Part shown: positions 1 through 9,619 of the stretch, in pieces
Layout of the letters: every line of letters begins with the position of its first letter
How positions within the stretch are numbered: position 1 is the stretch's first letter
Assembly (NCBI GenBank): GCA_903872065.1
Contig: CAIQJJ010000340.1
Span: forward strand, 1 to 55,157
DNA length: 55,157 nucleotides
Direction: 5' to 3'
DNA from: an uncultured Anaerolineales bacterium
GTDB lineage: Bacteria > Chloroflexota > Anaerolineae > Anaerolineales > UBA4823
The notes under the pieces: generated by a model
The model's input: the letters and a program-made list of their open reading frames with translations, nothing else
Databases searched by the model: none
Told to the model about the DNA's origin: nothing
Translations under genes and position numbers: made by a program

Positions 1-53
1 CCCCTGAAACTGACCCTTCTCCCTACCCTTATCCGACGCCGTAGGCGCTTAAC

Positions 54-93
54 AAAAAGCTCCCGCAACTTGAAAAGTTGCGGGAGCTTTTTG
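54..93. terminator. Bidirectional intrinsic terminator downstream of the FmdB-like gene
   Basis: A perfect 13-bp stem (59-71 gctcccgcaactt, 75-87 aagttgcgggagc) encloses a 3-nt loop. It is flanked by an A-run (54-58) and a T-run (88-92). Confidence 0.8.
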
Positions 94-116
94 TTTGCCG
101 TAGATTTTTTGGGTGA

Positions 117-434
117 TCAGTCGGTTGCTGAAGAAGTTTTAGCAGGCGCAGGCGCCGCCGGCGGCGTTGGCGATGAGTTGGTGTTGGCTTCAGTCTTTGT
201 CTCAGTCTTTTTGCTTTCCTCTTTTGTTCCAGAGGTAAACTTCTGCCCCGATGGAGATTTGTGGTCGGTGGCGTAAAACCCCGAGCCTTTAAACACAATT
301 CCCACCGGCGAATAAACTTTTCGCAACGACTTCTTGTTACACTCCGGGCACCAGGTGAGCGCTTGATCTGTAAACTTTTGTTGGCGATCAAACTGAACAC
401 CACAGCTTTCGCAACGGTAAGTATAAACTGGCAT
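117..434 (-). CDS. FmdB/CxxC_CxxC_SSSS family zinc-ribbon protein with a low-complexity K/T/E/P-rich tail
   Basis: The N-terminus MPVYTYRCESCGVQFDRQQKFTDQALTWCPECN has two CxxC pairs typical of the FmdB family. I chose the internal ATG at 434 (ORF track runs to 494) because family members start at M-x-Y-x-Y-x-C. Confidence 0.8.
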   Translation of the reverse strand: MPVYTYRCESCGVQFDRQQKFTDQALTWCPECNKKSLRKVYSPVGIVFKGSGFYATDHKSPSGQKFTSGTKEESKKTETKTEANTNSSPTPPAAPAPAKTSSATD

Positions 435-520
435 AAACAACCTCTCTTTCACTTTCGTCATTTTCATTATAGCGCGCCTGATGAACGATGGCAAGAGTGC
501 AAGCCGGTTCTTATAGAACT

Positions 521-3500
521 CTAACAGATTTGTTTGTTGATAGGAATCGTCAGGGCAAACACACTCCCGCCGCCCGTCCGCGGTTCAGTCCAAATCTTCC
601 CGCCGTGCGCTTCGACCGCCAGGCGGCAAAAGGTGAGACCCAATCCAGACCCGCGGCGGCGTCCTTTTTGGCCTGGAATTTGGGTAAAGCGATCAAAGAT
701 TTTATCGCGAAACTCTTCTGGGATGCCAGGCCCAGTGTCACTGACACGGATGACGACCATGTTGGGTGGATATAGTTCTGCTGAAACCACTACCTGACCC
801 CCAGTGGGCGTAAATTTGAGTGCATTATCAATTAAGTTGGTGATCACGCGGATGAGTTTGCTCTGGTCAACTTGGATGGTGGGCAGGTTGTGCGACAGAT
901 CGTGGCGCAAAATGACGCCGATCTCGCCCGCTTGTGGCAGTAAGTCGCCCAAAATGTTGGGGATCAGTTCATTTAGTTTTGTGGGGAGTACCTGAAGTTC
1001 CATGCGGCCGGCTTTGAGGCGGGCGATATCCAGCAAGGACTCGATCAAACCCAATACACGGGTGGCGCTGTTACGCGCCACGCGCATGGCTTGATCGATC
1101 AGTTCGTCGCTGCGTTGTTCATCTGTAAATACACTGTCAAGAATATCCACCGCGTTTAGTACAGAACTAACCGGAGAGCGCAGATCGTGAATCAGCGTTT
1201 CGGTGATCAATTCGCGCGCCTGGCTGATTTGCCATTCCTCAGTAATATCGCGCAGCACCAACATCCAGCCGATCGCACGCCCCTCTTGTCCCCAGACAAC
1301 CAGGCCGGAACGTTCAACAACACGCTCTGGTTTGGGATCAGTGATAGCGAGAGTGGCTTTGGGCGCGGCGAGCGCCTCTCCCTGTGCGAGGCTTTTTACC
1401 AAATTGGTTGCTTCCTGGCTGGTATAGCCTAAAGTTAATAAAGCATTTGCCGGCAGCCCAAAAAGCAATTTGCCAGTCAACTCTTCTTCTGGCAACCCCA
1501 TCATCTTATGGATGGCGCGATTCGCCAGAGATATCCTTCCATCACTGTCAATCATCAAAAGCCCCTCGCCGACCGAATCCAATACAGCAGCCATCCGATC
1601 TCTTCCGTGAGTCACATCTTGGAAGAGTAGAGCGTTTTGTAGGGAGATCGAAATTTGAGAGACCATTGCATAGAAGAGCTGCAGCGTTTCCTCTTGTAAG
1701 TCTTGAGCGGCCGGGGTATGGATCAACACCATTCCTAACCGGTGATGTGTGACGACAATCGGAAAGATGGTCACTGAGCAATCGCGGCAGGTCCCGCGCA
1801 GGCCGGCGGGGTCTTCATCGCCCGGAGCAATGCGCAGCCTTTCTGTATTCAGAAAAGCGGGTTGGATGCTTCCTAAACTGGCTTCGGGGATGTGCTGTGG
1901 GTAGACGCATGGCAGCGTTCCGGTTGTGGGGGCTTTGTCATAAGCCAGGTAGGCTTTTTGGCTTTCATCCCATAAATAAGCCGTGAGCGAGACGCTGGGA
2001 ACAGCTTCTGCCAGGGCGCGCACAGAAGTTTGTAAAATGCCTTCAAATTCAGTGCTGGCAACCAGGCGCGAGCTAAGCTGGTATAAGATCGATTGATCGT
2101 GTAAGCGGTGTTGAATTTCGGTGTATAGTTCAGCGTTGACCACCGCAACCGCAGCCTGGGTGGCAAGCTGGGTGATGAAGGCCTGGTCGCTTTCAGAATA
2201 GGCGTTGGGGAGATCACTTTCGAGCGTCAAAGCGCCTAAAACCCGATCCTCGCGAATCAAGGGAATGCTTAATTGCGAACGCACCTGCCGGTCGGCAAAT
2301 TCACCTGCATTGACCTCAGTTTGTATATTTTCTATCCGAATGGCCTGCCGGCTTAAAATCACTTTGCCCGCCAATCTGCTGTTGAGGTCGTAACGATTAT
2401 TAATATCGTTATATCCCTGGCTGGCTTTGGTTTCAAGCTGGTTGAGGCGGGGGTTGTAAAGGCTGAGATCGCCCCATGGAGAATTGGTGAACTTGGTGGC
2501 ATAAGCCAGGATCATCTCGAACAATCGCGGCGAGTTGATTGCCGCCGCCAGCTCACGACCTACATTTTCGAGAATCTCTAATTGGGCGGCGCGGCGCGCC
2601 AGAGCTTTATCGGTTACTGCGTAGAGGCGCGCATTTGAAACCGCAATCGCCGCTTGCAAAGCCAGCGTTTGCAGTAGATCAACCTCTTCAGGCGCAAATG
2701 GGTGCGGGGTATCGTAATAGACCGAAAGAATGCCAATTTGCCCATTGGGTGTAATGAGCGGAAAATCTCCATACGCGCGAATATTTTCATGGGTTAAGAT
2801 CGCTCGATAAGCCAGGATCAAGTCCGCTTTATCAATATCATCCACTAACCTGGACTGCCTGGCCTGCAGGTAATTTTCAACACCCAAGTCAATTGCCAGG
2901 CCATCATTCCATTTGATAAACCGGCTGGATAATCCAAAGGTGTACCACAAGCGGTAGGCGTTGGCGCTTTCGTCGCGCAGATAAACAGCGCTGTGCTGCC
3001 CGCCAGCCAATTCCATCACTGAGCGGCATACTTGAGTTAACACTTCTTCTGCGTTCAGGCTGGCAGTGATCAGCGCCATGATCCGGTTGAGGGTTTCTAG
3101 TTGGGCGGCGCGACGCTGGGTTTGCTCATAGAGCAGCGCATTTTCGATCGCTACACTGACCTGTCCAGAAAGAATGGTTAACAGATCTAAATCAGCTTGG
3201 GTGAAGCCGATATTTTGCAGCTCAGAGAATACTGCCAGGCAGCCGATAGTTTGCTTTGAGGTGATGAGCGGTACGCCAGCCCAGGCTTCGGGCGTTTCGG
3301 CGCTGGCCGGCAGGCCGACTTTGTCCAGGACATCGCGCTGCCTGGGTGTGAGTAAGATTGGCTTCCCCTCGCGAATGACGCGGTCAGTCAGCCGGTCAGG
3401 TTGCAAGGGGCGCGGCGGCCAATAATTGCGTTTGCCAAACTTTACCGCCAGGGGATATGTAATCAAGCCTTGCTTGGCGTCATATAAGGCTACGTAAAAG

Positions 3501-4309
3501 TTTTGCACTCCCACGAATTGAGTTACTTGTTGGTGGATAACACTCAACAAATTTTCAAGGTTGAGCGTGGAACGCAGTACCCGGCTGATCTGATCTAACG
3601 TTGAAAGCTCTTGAACATGCCGTTGGAGCTGATCGCGGGCCACCAATGTTTTATAGATGAGCGCCGAGATAAAAACCGGCACACTGCCCAAAATCATTAA
3701 GATACTCCAGGGGATAATCTCAGATATCTGGTAGATGATGAGCACAAAAGGCAAAGGAGCTATCTCTGCAATGAGCAGATTCAACCACCAGCGTCGTGGA
3801 AGAGTGGTTTTAGGCAGGCATAACCGGTCAATTGCATAGAGCAAAAATTGAATACTGGCAAAGATCGTCAATGGGGCGAAGAGGTGGAACGGTGAAACAT
3901 CGCCGTGAACGCCGTTTTGCCAGCCCATCAGGTGTAAGGTTAATATTAGAGGGATGATCTGAATGCCCACTGCCCGACCAATTCTGGGCAGAATGGTGTT
4001 TGGCGCCTGGTACCCTATCCCAACGCGACGCAAGCCAAATCCCAAGAGAATCCCGATCAAGCATGCCCATCCAGCAGCTGAAGCGCCAAACAACAATCCC
4101 CCGGTCAGCGAGACGATTTGGACCAGATAGATTTCACTGACTGAGAAACTGACTGGAAAGGTTACCAGGAAGGGGATAAAGATCACTAATGCGAGGCTTT
4201 GCCAGGATTGTGGCCGGGCAATCAACGTGCTGATGACTAGCAATGCTAATCCAGCGATCGGAAACAAGAGATAATAGAAATTCGCTGGAAGTTTGCGGAC
4301 GGATTTCAT
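521..4309 (-). CDS. Multi-pass membrane sensor histidine kinase with several GAF domains, a PAS domain, HisKA and HATPase_c
   Basis: 1262 aa. About 230 N-terminal residues are hydrophobic helices, followed by repeated GAF-like blocks. H-box is HDLRSPVSS, N-box NLIDNALKFT, G-boxes DTGPGIP and GSGLGL. Confidence 0.9.
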   Translation of the reverse strand: MKSVRKLPANFYYLLFPIAGLALLVISTLIARPQSWQSLALVIFIPFLVTFPVSFSVSEIYLVQIVSLTGGLLFGASAAGWACLIGILLGFGLRRVGIGYQAPNTILPRIGRAVGIQIIPLILTLHLMGWQNGVHGDVSPFHLFAPLTIFASIQFLLYAIDRLCLPKTTLPRRWWLNLLIAEIAPLPFVLIIYQISEIIPWSILMILGSVPVFISALIYKTLVARDQLQRHVQELSTLDQISRVLRSTLNLENLLSVIHQQVTQFVGVQNFYVALYDAKQGLITYPLAVKFGKRNYWPPRPLQPDRLTDRVIREGKPILLTPRQRDVLDKVGLPASAETPEAWAGVPLITSKQTIGCLAVFSELQNIGFTQADLDLLTILSGQVSVAIENALLYEQTQRRAAQLETLNRIMALITASLNAEEVLTQVCRSVMELAGGQHSAVYLRDESANAYRLWYTFGLSSRFIKWNDGLAIDLGVENYLQARQSRLVDDIDKADLILAYRAILTHENIRAYGDFPLITPNGQIGILSVYYDTPHPFAPEEVDLLQTLALQAAIAVSNARLYAVTDKALARRAAQLEILENVGRELAAAINSPRLFEMILAYATKFTNSPWGDLSLYNPRLNQLETKASQGYNDINNRYDLNSRLAGKVILSRQAIRIENIQTEVNAGEFADRQVRSQLSIPLIREDRVLGALTLESDLPNAYSESDQAFITQLATQAAVAVVNAELYTEIQHRLHDQSILYQLSSRLVASTEFEGILQTSVRALAEAVPSVSLTAYLWDESQKAYLAYDKAPTTGTLPCVYPQHIPEASLGSIQPAFLNTERLRIAPGDEDPAGLRGTCRDCSVTIFPIVVTHHRLGMVLIHTPAAQDLQEETLQLFYAMVSQISISLQNALLFQDVTHGRDRMAAVLDSVGEGLLMIDSDGRISLANRAIHKMMGLPEEELTGKLLFGLPANALLTLGYTSQEATNLVKSLAQGEALAAPKATLAITDPKPERVVERSGLVVWGQEGRAIGWMLVLRDITEEWQISQARELITETLIHDLRSPVSSVLNAVDILDSVFTDEQRSDELIDQAMRVARNSATRVLGLIESLLDIARLKAGRMELQVLPTKLNELIPNILGDLLPQAGEIGVILRHDLSHNLPTIQVDQSKLIRVITNLIDNALKFTPTGGQVVVSAELYPPNMVVIRVSDTGPGIPEEFRDKIFDRFTQIPGQKGRRRGSGLGLTFCRLAVEAHGGKIWTEPRTGGGSVFALTIPINKQIC

Positions 4310-4310
4310 T

Positions 4311-6458
4311 TTAGGACTTAGGCGTTGGCGAAAGAGTAGATGTTTTGCCAGGGGTGTAGGTTTTGGTTGGAACGAGCGTCTGTGTTGGCGCCGGCGTCTT
4401 CGTTGAAAGCGGCGTCTGGGTAGGGGGAATCGTCTTGGTTGGCGTAGCGCTCTTGGTGGGGATGGGGGTCAGCGTTGGCCTGGGTGTTTTTGTGGGAACA
4501 GGCGTCAAAGTGGGGACAGGGGTACGCGTGGGCTTCGGCGTCCTGGTGGGGACAGGCGTTAGTGTGGGAGCGGGCGTCTTAGTGGGGCGAGGCGTGTTGG
4601 TTGGAACGGGTGTCCTTGTTGGGCGAGGTGTATTCGTAGGAATGGGTGTTCTGGTCGGTCGGGGAGTATTGGTTGGTACCATGGTGCGTGTAGATGTAAT
4701 CGTAGGCGTTAGCGCCAACAGGTGGGTACGCGCGGTTTCGCGCCATTCGGCCGGCGCAGAGTCTTCGGGTAAGGCAAGCAAATCCATCCATTCTTTGGCA
4801 GCCCCACGCAGGTTCGTTGTCTGCTCAAAAAGGAGGGCGCGCCAGTAATGGATTTCGGCCAGTTCAGCATCCGTCTCGGCCAGGTTGAGAGTCGCTTCAT
4901 ATTGGCGGCTGGCGTCATTGACGCGTTTGGCAGCCAGCAGCGCCTTCCCCAATTCAAGGTTATAGCGGAATATTCTGGGCTTTAAACTGACCGCGAGGCT
5001 GAAATCATTGACAGCTTTTTGCGCATCAGAGAGTTTTAAATACGTGAGGCCGCGATAATAATAGGCTTCCGCATCGCGCTTATTGACTTTTAAAACATTG
5101 TCGAAGGATTCCAGCGCAACTTGATAATCCCCGCCGCTTTGATATTGCGCAATGCCGATCACCAACGCGGCTTCAATATCATCTTTGATATACAGATTAT
5201 ACGTCTTGATGTAATTTAAAGCTTCTTCAGGCTGGTTGTTGGCCAGATATGCGCGCGCCAAAACAAGGTAGTTTGGCAGCAAGGTAAAGTCCATCTGATA
5301 GGCGGTTTCGGCTTGATTGAGCGCCAATTCATTCTCGCCGACCAGCAGATTCGCTTGGGCTTTCATCATGTAGATAGACGGAATATCCGGGCGCAGATTC
5401 TCGGCCATCTCCAGGTCTTTAATCGCCGCCTCTGCCTCACCAAGAGTAATGCGAAAAGCCGCGCGTTCAAGAAATCCATCTACATAATTGGGGTCTATCT
5501 GGGTGGCTTTATCCAGGTCGGCTAAGATTTCTTTTTCGGCCTCAGGGTCAATCGCCAGTTGGGAGCGGGCGCGTCCAACATAGGAGGGGGCGAAATTCGG
5601 GTTTTGCTTGATGGCTTTGGTGAAAGCATCTATGGCTTCATCATATCGCTTGAGCAAGCGCAGCGCTTCACCAGTGAAGAACACTAAATCAATCGCCGCT
5701 GGTTCATCGTCGCTGGCCTGTCCCATGCGCAGGAACATTTCATCGTATTTTTGCGCATCATACGACCTCAGGCCGGCAATATAGGCTTCACTGATGGGAT
5801 GGGGAGTGTCAATATAGCGCGGCGTTGGGGTGTAGGTGGATTGTACCTGCGCCCATAAAGGTGTAAGCCCAGGCTTGGTTGGAACGGTTGTCCAGCGCTT
5901 GGTTGGGGTTGTTGTGGGGGTAGACGTGGCAGTAGGGGTGTCGCTTGCCCAGACTTTGGGGGTGATATTGAGCGCCGCTCGAGCGGTAGGTGTAGGAGTC
6001 CCGATCATGCTCCCAACCAAAACTCCACCGCCAATTAAACAGATTAAAACCACCACGCCCAGTATGCCGAATAATACGGGTTTGGCGCGCAAAAAAGGAG
6101 GCAACTTTTGGATGTACAGTTGTACACGAGTTGCTTTTTTGCCATCTGGGGTGGTAGGGGTTTCGGCGGCGAGTACATGCCGTTTAGGAGGAGGAACAGG
6201 GACTGCCTCGTTGTCGGTCATCCCTCCCGATAAAATCAGCCCGCGCCGTGCGGCTGCATTGTTGGGATCGAGTTTCAGGGCATTTTGTAGACAGTAAACT
6301 CGCTCGCTGGGCGAATTTACCACCGCGCTCATCCACACCCAATATTTGGCTTGTTTTTGGTCATTGTGCAGCAGGCGAGTTAACAGATCACGAGCGCGTT
6401 CTCGTTGACCTTGCTGCGCTGCGCTGACCGCTTCTTGGAACATCTTTTCGTCTGACAT
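4311..6458 (-). CDS. Membrane-anchored TPR-repeat protein with a Pro/Thr-rich hexapeptide-repeat tail
   Basis: 715 aa with one TM helix (VLFGILGVVVLICLIGGGVLVG) and many TPR-like repeats (AxxYYxRGxxYxxLxxxxxAxxDF type). The stop lies 1 nt from the ATG of the downstream kinase, which suggests an operon. Confidence 0.85.
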   Translation of the reverse strand: MSDEKMFQEAVSAAQQGQRERARDLLTRLLHNDQKQAKYWVWMSAVVNSPSERVYCLQNALKLDPNNAAARRGLILSGGMTDNEAVPVPPPKRHVLAAETPTTPDGKKATRVQLYIQKLPPFLRAKPVLFGILGVVVLICLIGGGVLVGSMIGTPTPTARAALNITPKVWASDTPTATSTPTTTPTKRWTTVPTKPGLTPLWAQVQSTYTPTPRYIDTPHPISEAYIAGLRSYDAQKYDEMFLRMGQASDDEPAAIDLVFFTGEALRLLKRYDEAIDAFTKAIKQNPNFAPSYVGRARSQLAIDPEAEKEILADLDKATQIDPNYVDGFLERAAFRITLGEAEAAIKDLEMAENLRPDIPSIYMMKAQANLLVGENELALNQAETAYQMDFTLLPNYLVLARAYLANNQPEEALNYIKTYNLYIKDDIEAALVIGIAQYQSGGDYQVALESFDNVLKVNKRDAEAYYYRGLTYLKLSDAQKAVNDFSLAVSLKPRIFRYNLELGKALLAAKRVNDASRQYEATLNLAETDAELAEIHYWRALLFEQTTNLRGAAKEWMDLLALPEDSAPAEWRETARTHLLALTPTITSTRTMVPTNTPRPTRTPIPTNTPRPTRTPVPTNTPRPTKTPAPTLTPVPTRTPKPTRTPVPTLTPVPTKTPRPTLTPIPTKSATPTKTIPPTQTPLSTKTPAPTQTLVPTKTYTPGKTSTLSPTPKS
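4314..4709 (-). repeat. Coding tandem repeat with 18-nt periodicity (xPTxTP hexapeptide, about 12 clean plus about 8 degenerate units)
   Basis: The translated tail reads VPTNTP RPTRTP IPTNTP RPTRTP VPTNTP RPTKTP APTLTP VPTRTP KPTRTP VPTLTP VPTKTP RPTLTP and continues. The mirror G/V-rich ORF 4363..4848 on the + strand is its antisense artefact. Confidence 0.9.
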
Positions 6459-6651
6459 GTCAGGCAGACTCCATAAAAAAGCAATAAAAGAACTATCAAT
6501 CTAAATGAGTTTAGCACAGGCTGGCTAACCCGACAAGGTACGGAAAAAAGAATGATCAAATCCTTTGCCCATGCGAGTATAATCCAACACGGTTCGTTGT
6601 TTTTTTTGATCTATCTATCCCTTTATACCATAGAATTCTGCAGGATTTCCT

Positions 6652-8337
6652 ATGCCTCCTATTGTATCTGACCAGGTTATCTTTTCAATGGTGCGCGTTA
6701 GTCGCACTTTTCCACCAACCAACAAAGCCGTCTTGCGCGACATTTCGCTTGGTTTCTATTATGGCGCTAAGATCGGGGTGCTTGGACTCAATGGCGCTGG
6801 TAAATCAACCCTTTTGCGGATCATCGCTGGAAAAGATACCGGTTACACGGGTGAGGTCATCTTTTCCAAAGGTTATTCGGTTGGGATGCTGGCTCAAGAG
6901 CCGGAGTTGGACGATACCAAAACTGTCAAACAAGTGGTTGAGGAGGCAGTCCAACCGGTCAAAGATTTGTTGGCGCGTTTTGACGCGGTGAATGATAAAT
7001 TTTCTGATCCGGATGCCGACTTCGATGCGCTAATTGCTGAACAATCTCGCTTACAAGAGCAATTGGACGGGATTGATGCCTGGAATCTGGACAGCCGCCT
7101 TGAGCAGGCTTTGGATGCCCTACGCTGTCCACCCTCTGAAACGTCTATTCGCATTCTTTCAGGGGGCGAACGCCGCCGCGTAGCCCTTTGCCGTCTTTTG
7201 TTGACTGAACCTGATATCCTTCTGTTGGATGAGCCTACCAATCATCTGGACGCCGAGTCGGTTGCCTGGTTGGAACGGCATTTGCAGCAGTACAAAGGCA
7301 CAGTGATTGCTGTGACGCATGATCGCTATTTTCTCGACAATGTGGCCGGCTGGATTTTGGAGCTTGACCGTGGGTACGGTATTCCGTGGAAGGGCAACTA
7401 TTCGTCCTGGTTGGAGCAGAAACAAGAGCGGATTCGTCGCGAAGAAACTTCGGAAACCAGGCGTTTGCGCACGCTGGAGCGCGAACTGGAATGGATCCGC
7501 ATGTCTCCTAAGGCGCGGCAGGCCAAAGGCAAAGCGCGTGTGACGGCTTATGAAAAATTATTGGGGCAGGAGTATGAGCAGCGTCGTGAAAACCTGGAAA
7601 TCTATCTCCCTCCTGGGCCACGCCTGGGCGATATTGTGGTGGACTTTAAGGGTATTAGCAAGGCGTATGGCGATCGTTTATTGATTGATAACCTGAACTT
7701 ATCTGTACCGCCCGGTTCAATTGTGGGGGTGATTGGCCCGAATGGCGTAGGAAAGACAACCTTGCTCAGGTTGATTACCGGGCAAGAATCTCCTGATGCG
7801 GGGACGGTAAAAATTGGCGAAACTGTTAAGCTGGCTTATGTCGATCAAACCCGTAAGACGCTTGACCCGGAGAAAAATGTGTGGGAAGAAATTTCTGGCG
7901 GGGAAGATAATATTACCTTAGGCAGCCGTCGTATGAATTCACGGGCCTATGTAGCCAGTTTTAACTTTTTGGGCGCGGATCAACAGAAAAAGGTGGGGGC
8001 GCTTTCAGGCGGCGAGCGCAATCGCGTTCATTTGGCTAAGACTTTGCGCCAGGAAGCGAATGTGATTTTGTTAGATGAACCGACGAATGATCTGGATGTG
8101 AATACTTTGCGTTCATTGGAAGAAGCGCTGGATAGTTTTGCCGGCAGCGCCGTGGTGGTCAGCCACGACCGCTGGTTTCTCGACCGCGTGGCCACACACA
8201 TTTTAGCGTTTGAAGAGGACGGCAGTATCTTTTGGTTTGAAGGCAACTTTTCAGATTATGAGGTTGATCGAAAGCGCCGCCTGGGGATTGGAGCAGAGAC
8301 GCCGCACCGGGTTAAATATCGCAGTTTGAGGAGATGA
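6652..8337 (+). CDS. ettA: ABC-F ATPase, energy-dependent translational throttle protein EttA
   Basis: 561 aa with two ABC cassettes and no TM domain. Cassette 1: GLNGAGKST, LSGGERRRVAL, ILLLDEPTNHLD. Cassette 2: GPNGVGKTT, LSGGERNRVHL, VILLDEPTNDLD. Length and N-terminus match the EttA type. Confidence 0.9.
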   Translation: MPPIVSDQVIFSMVRVSRTFPPTNKAVLRDISLGFYYGAKIGVLGLNGAGKSTLLRIIAGKDTGYTGEVIFSKGYSVGMLAQEPELDDTKTVKQVVEEAVQPVKDLLARFDAVNDKFSDPDADFDALIAEQSRLQEQLDGIDAWNLDSRLEQALDALRCPPSETSIRILSGGERRRVALCRLLLTEPDILLLDEPTNHLDAESVAWLERHLQQYKGTVIAVTHDRYFLDNVAGWILELDRGYGIPWKGNYSSWLEQKQERIRREETSETRRLRTLERELEWIRMSPKARQAKGKARVTAYEKLLGQEYEQRRENLEIYLPPGPRLGDIVVDFKGISKAYGDRLLIDNLNLSVPPGSIVGVIGPNGVGKTTLLRLITGQESPDAGTVKIGETVKLAYVDQTRKTLDPEKNVWEEISGGEDNITLGSRRMNSRAYVASFNFLGADQQKKVGALSGGERNRVHLAKTLRQEANVILLDEPTNDLDVNTLRSLEEALDSFAGSAVVVSHDRWFLDRVATHILAFEEDGSIFWFEGNFSDYEVDRKRRLGIGAETPHRVKYRSLRR

Positions 8338-8343
8338 GTTGGC

Positions 8344-8700
8344 ATGTCCCCTAACTTTACTTCTCCGCCCAATCCAACCGACTTTTATGCCCAGGTGTGG
8401 GGTATTACCCGTCGCATCCCTGCCGGGCGGGTAGCCACTTATGGACAGATTGCGCGCTTGATTGAGCCGCCCCCTGGGATGACTTTGCGAGATTACGAAA
8501 CTTTCGGCGCGCGGTGGGTCGGCGGAGCAATGGCCGCCTGTCCTCCCGACGTCCCATGGCAGCGGGTGATTAACTCGCAGGGGAAGATCAGTTTGCGCCG
8601 CGGCGCGGAGCAGCAGCGCGCCTTGCTTGAGGCCGAGGGCATTCAATTTGACGCCCGTGATCGGGTAGATTTGAAATATTATGGCTGGATTCCAGATTGA
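8344..8700 (+). CDS. Alkyltransferase-like (ATL) protein: MGMT DNA-binding domain lacking the acceptor cysteine
   Basis: Shows the MGMT C-terminal pattern (IPAGRVATYGQIA ... RWVGGAM). The active-site PCHRV is replaced by PWQRV, with the Trp codon at 8557-8559. Start is 7 nt after the ettA stop. Confidence 0.75.
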   Translation: MSPNFTSPPNPTDFYAQVWGITRRIPAGRVATYGQIARLIEPPPGMTLRDYETFGARWVGGAMAACPPDVPWQRVINSQGKISLRRGAEQQRALLEAEGIQFDARDRVDLKYYGWIPD

Positions 8701-8730
8701 CGATACCAATGAATAGCAAGGAGATAGCTT

Positions 8731-9537
8731 ATGGGATTTTCTAAACGTCTTGATGAGGCGCGTAAAGCTTTTAAGAAAGGCGATCCAAAGGCCGCCGCGG
8801 TCGCTCATGATCCGCGGCGGATTGCCCAATCCGCGTCTGAGCGGCACGGCGGCGGCGGCAGCCAGTATTTGGGAGAAATGGTCTATGGCGGCCTGGATGG
8901 GATTATTACCACTTTTGCGGTGGTCAGCGGAGTAGCCGGCGCCGACCTGGGAGTCAAGGTGGTATTGATCATGGGTCTTGCCAATCTTTTTGCCGATGGT
9001 TTTTCCATGGCTACTGGGGCCTATCTGTCCTCAAAGAGTGAGCAAGAATATTATCATCGTGAAAAACAGCGCGAATCCTGGGAAGTAGAACATTTCCCGG
9101 ATGGAGAAAGAACCGAACTCTATCAGTTGTACCTGAGCCAGGGATACAGCGAGGAGGATGCACGTAAATTGGTCGAGATCAAGACCAAAGACTCGCAGCG
9201 TTGGGTAAAATCGATGATGGTAGAGGAACTTGGGATGATGGAAGACGAACGAAATCCGTTGGTCACTGCGCTGGCGACCTTTGCCGCCTTTCTGACTGCC
9301 GGCTCCGTCCCCATGTTGATCTATTTGCTTGGACTGCTTGTTCCGATTCCCTCAGCGGTGAGTTTTCCCATCGCTTTGTTTTTATCTGTGGGCGCATTGT
9401 TTGGCCTGGGGGCAGCGAAGGTGCTAGTGACTGAACGCAACGCCTGGCGGAGCGGATTGGAAATGTTGGCTGTTGGCGGCCTGGCTGCTGCGGTGGCGTA
9501 TCTGGTTGGAGCGGCGCTTAAGGGCATTGGCGGCTAA
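8731..9537 (+). CDS. VIT1/CCC1-family iron/manganese transporter
   Basis: Motif GEMVYGGLDGIITTFAVVSGVAGA, a central cytosolic helical segment rich in E/K, and C-terminal TM helices give the typical VIT family layout. Confidence 0.8.
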   Translation: MGFSKRLDEARKAFKKGDPKAAAVAHDPRRIAQSASERHGGGGSQYLGEMVYGGLDGIITTFAVVSGVAGADLGVKVVLIMGLANLFADGFSMATGAYLSSKSEQEYYHREKQRESWEVEHFPDGERTELYQLYLSQGYSEEDARKLVEIKTKDSQRWVKSMMVEELGMMEDERNPLVTALATFAAFLTAGSVPMLIYLLGLLVPIPSAVSFPIALFLSVGALFGLGAAKVLVTERNAWRSGLEMLAVGGLAAAVAYLVGAALKGIGG

Positions 9538-9619
9538 AAATTCTTTGCATGAGAAATTTACAATTCTATCAGGCTTGTGGTAAACTTAACTCGTTTGTGA
9601 ATTTGGTAAGGAGGCCTGC

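Noticed and set aside
4314-4709. A CRISPR-like or minisatellite array suggested by regular short repeats
   Set aside because: The period is 18 nt, there are no unique spacers, and the repeats lie in frame inside a long ORF. This is a coding hexapeptide repeat.
4363-4848. A 161-aa Gly/Val-rich plus-strand ORF
   Set aside because: It is the mirror image of the PTxTPx coding repeat on the minus strand and arises purely from repeat periodicity.
8701-8730. A yybP-ykoY manganese riboswitch upstream of the VIT1 transporter, and a ydaO-type riboswitch upstream of the M23 genes
   Set aside because: The intergenic spacers are only about 30 nt and about 80 nt, which is too short, and I did not recognise the conserved cores.
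8251-8847. A 198-aa minus-strand ORF overlapping the ettA end, the ATL gene and the VIT1 start
   Set aside because: It is antisense to three motif-supported genes and has no recognisable features.
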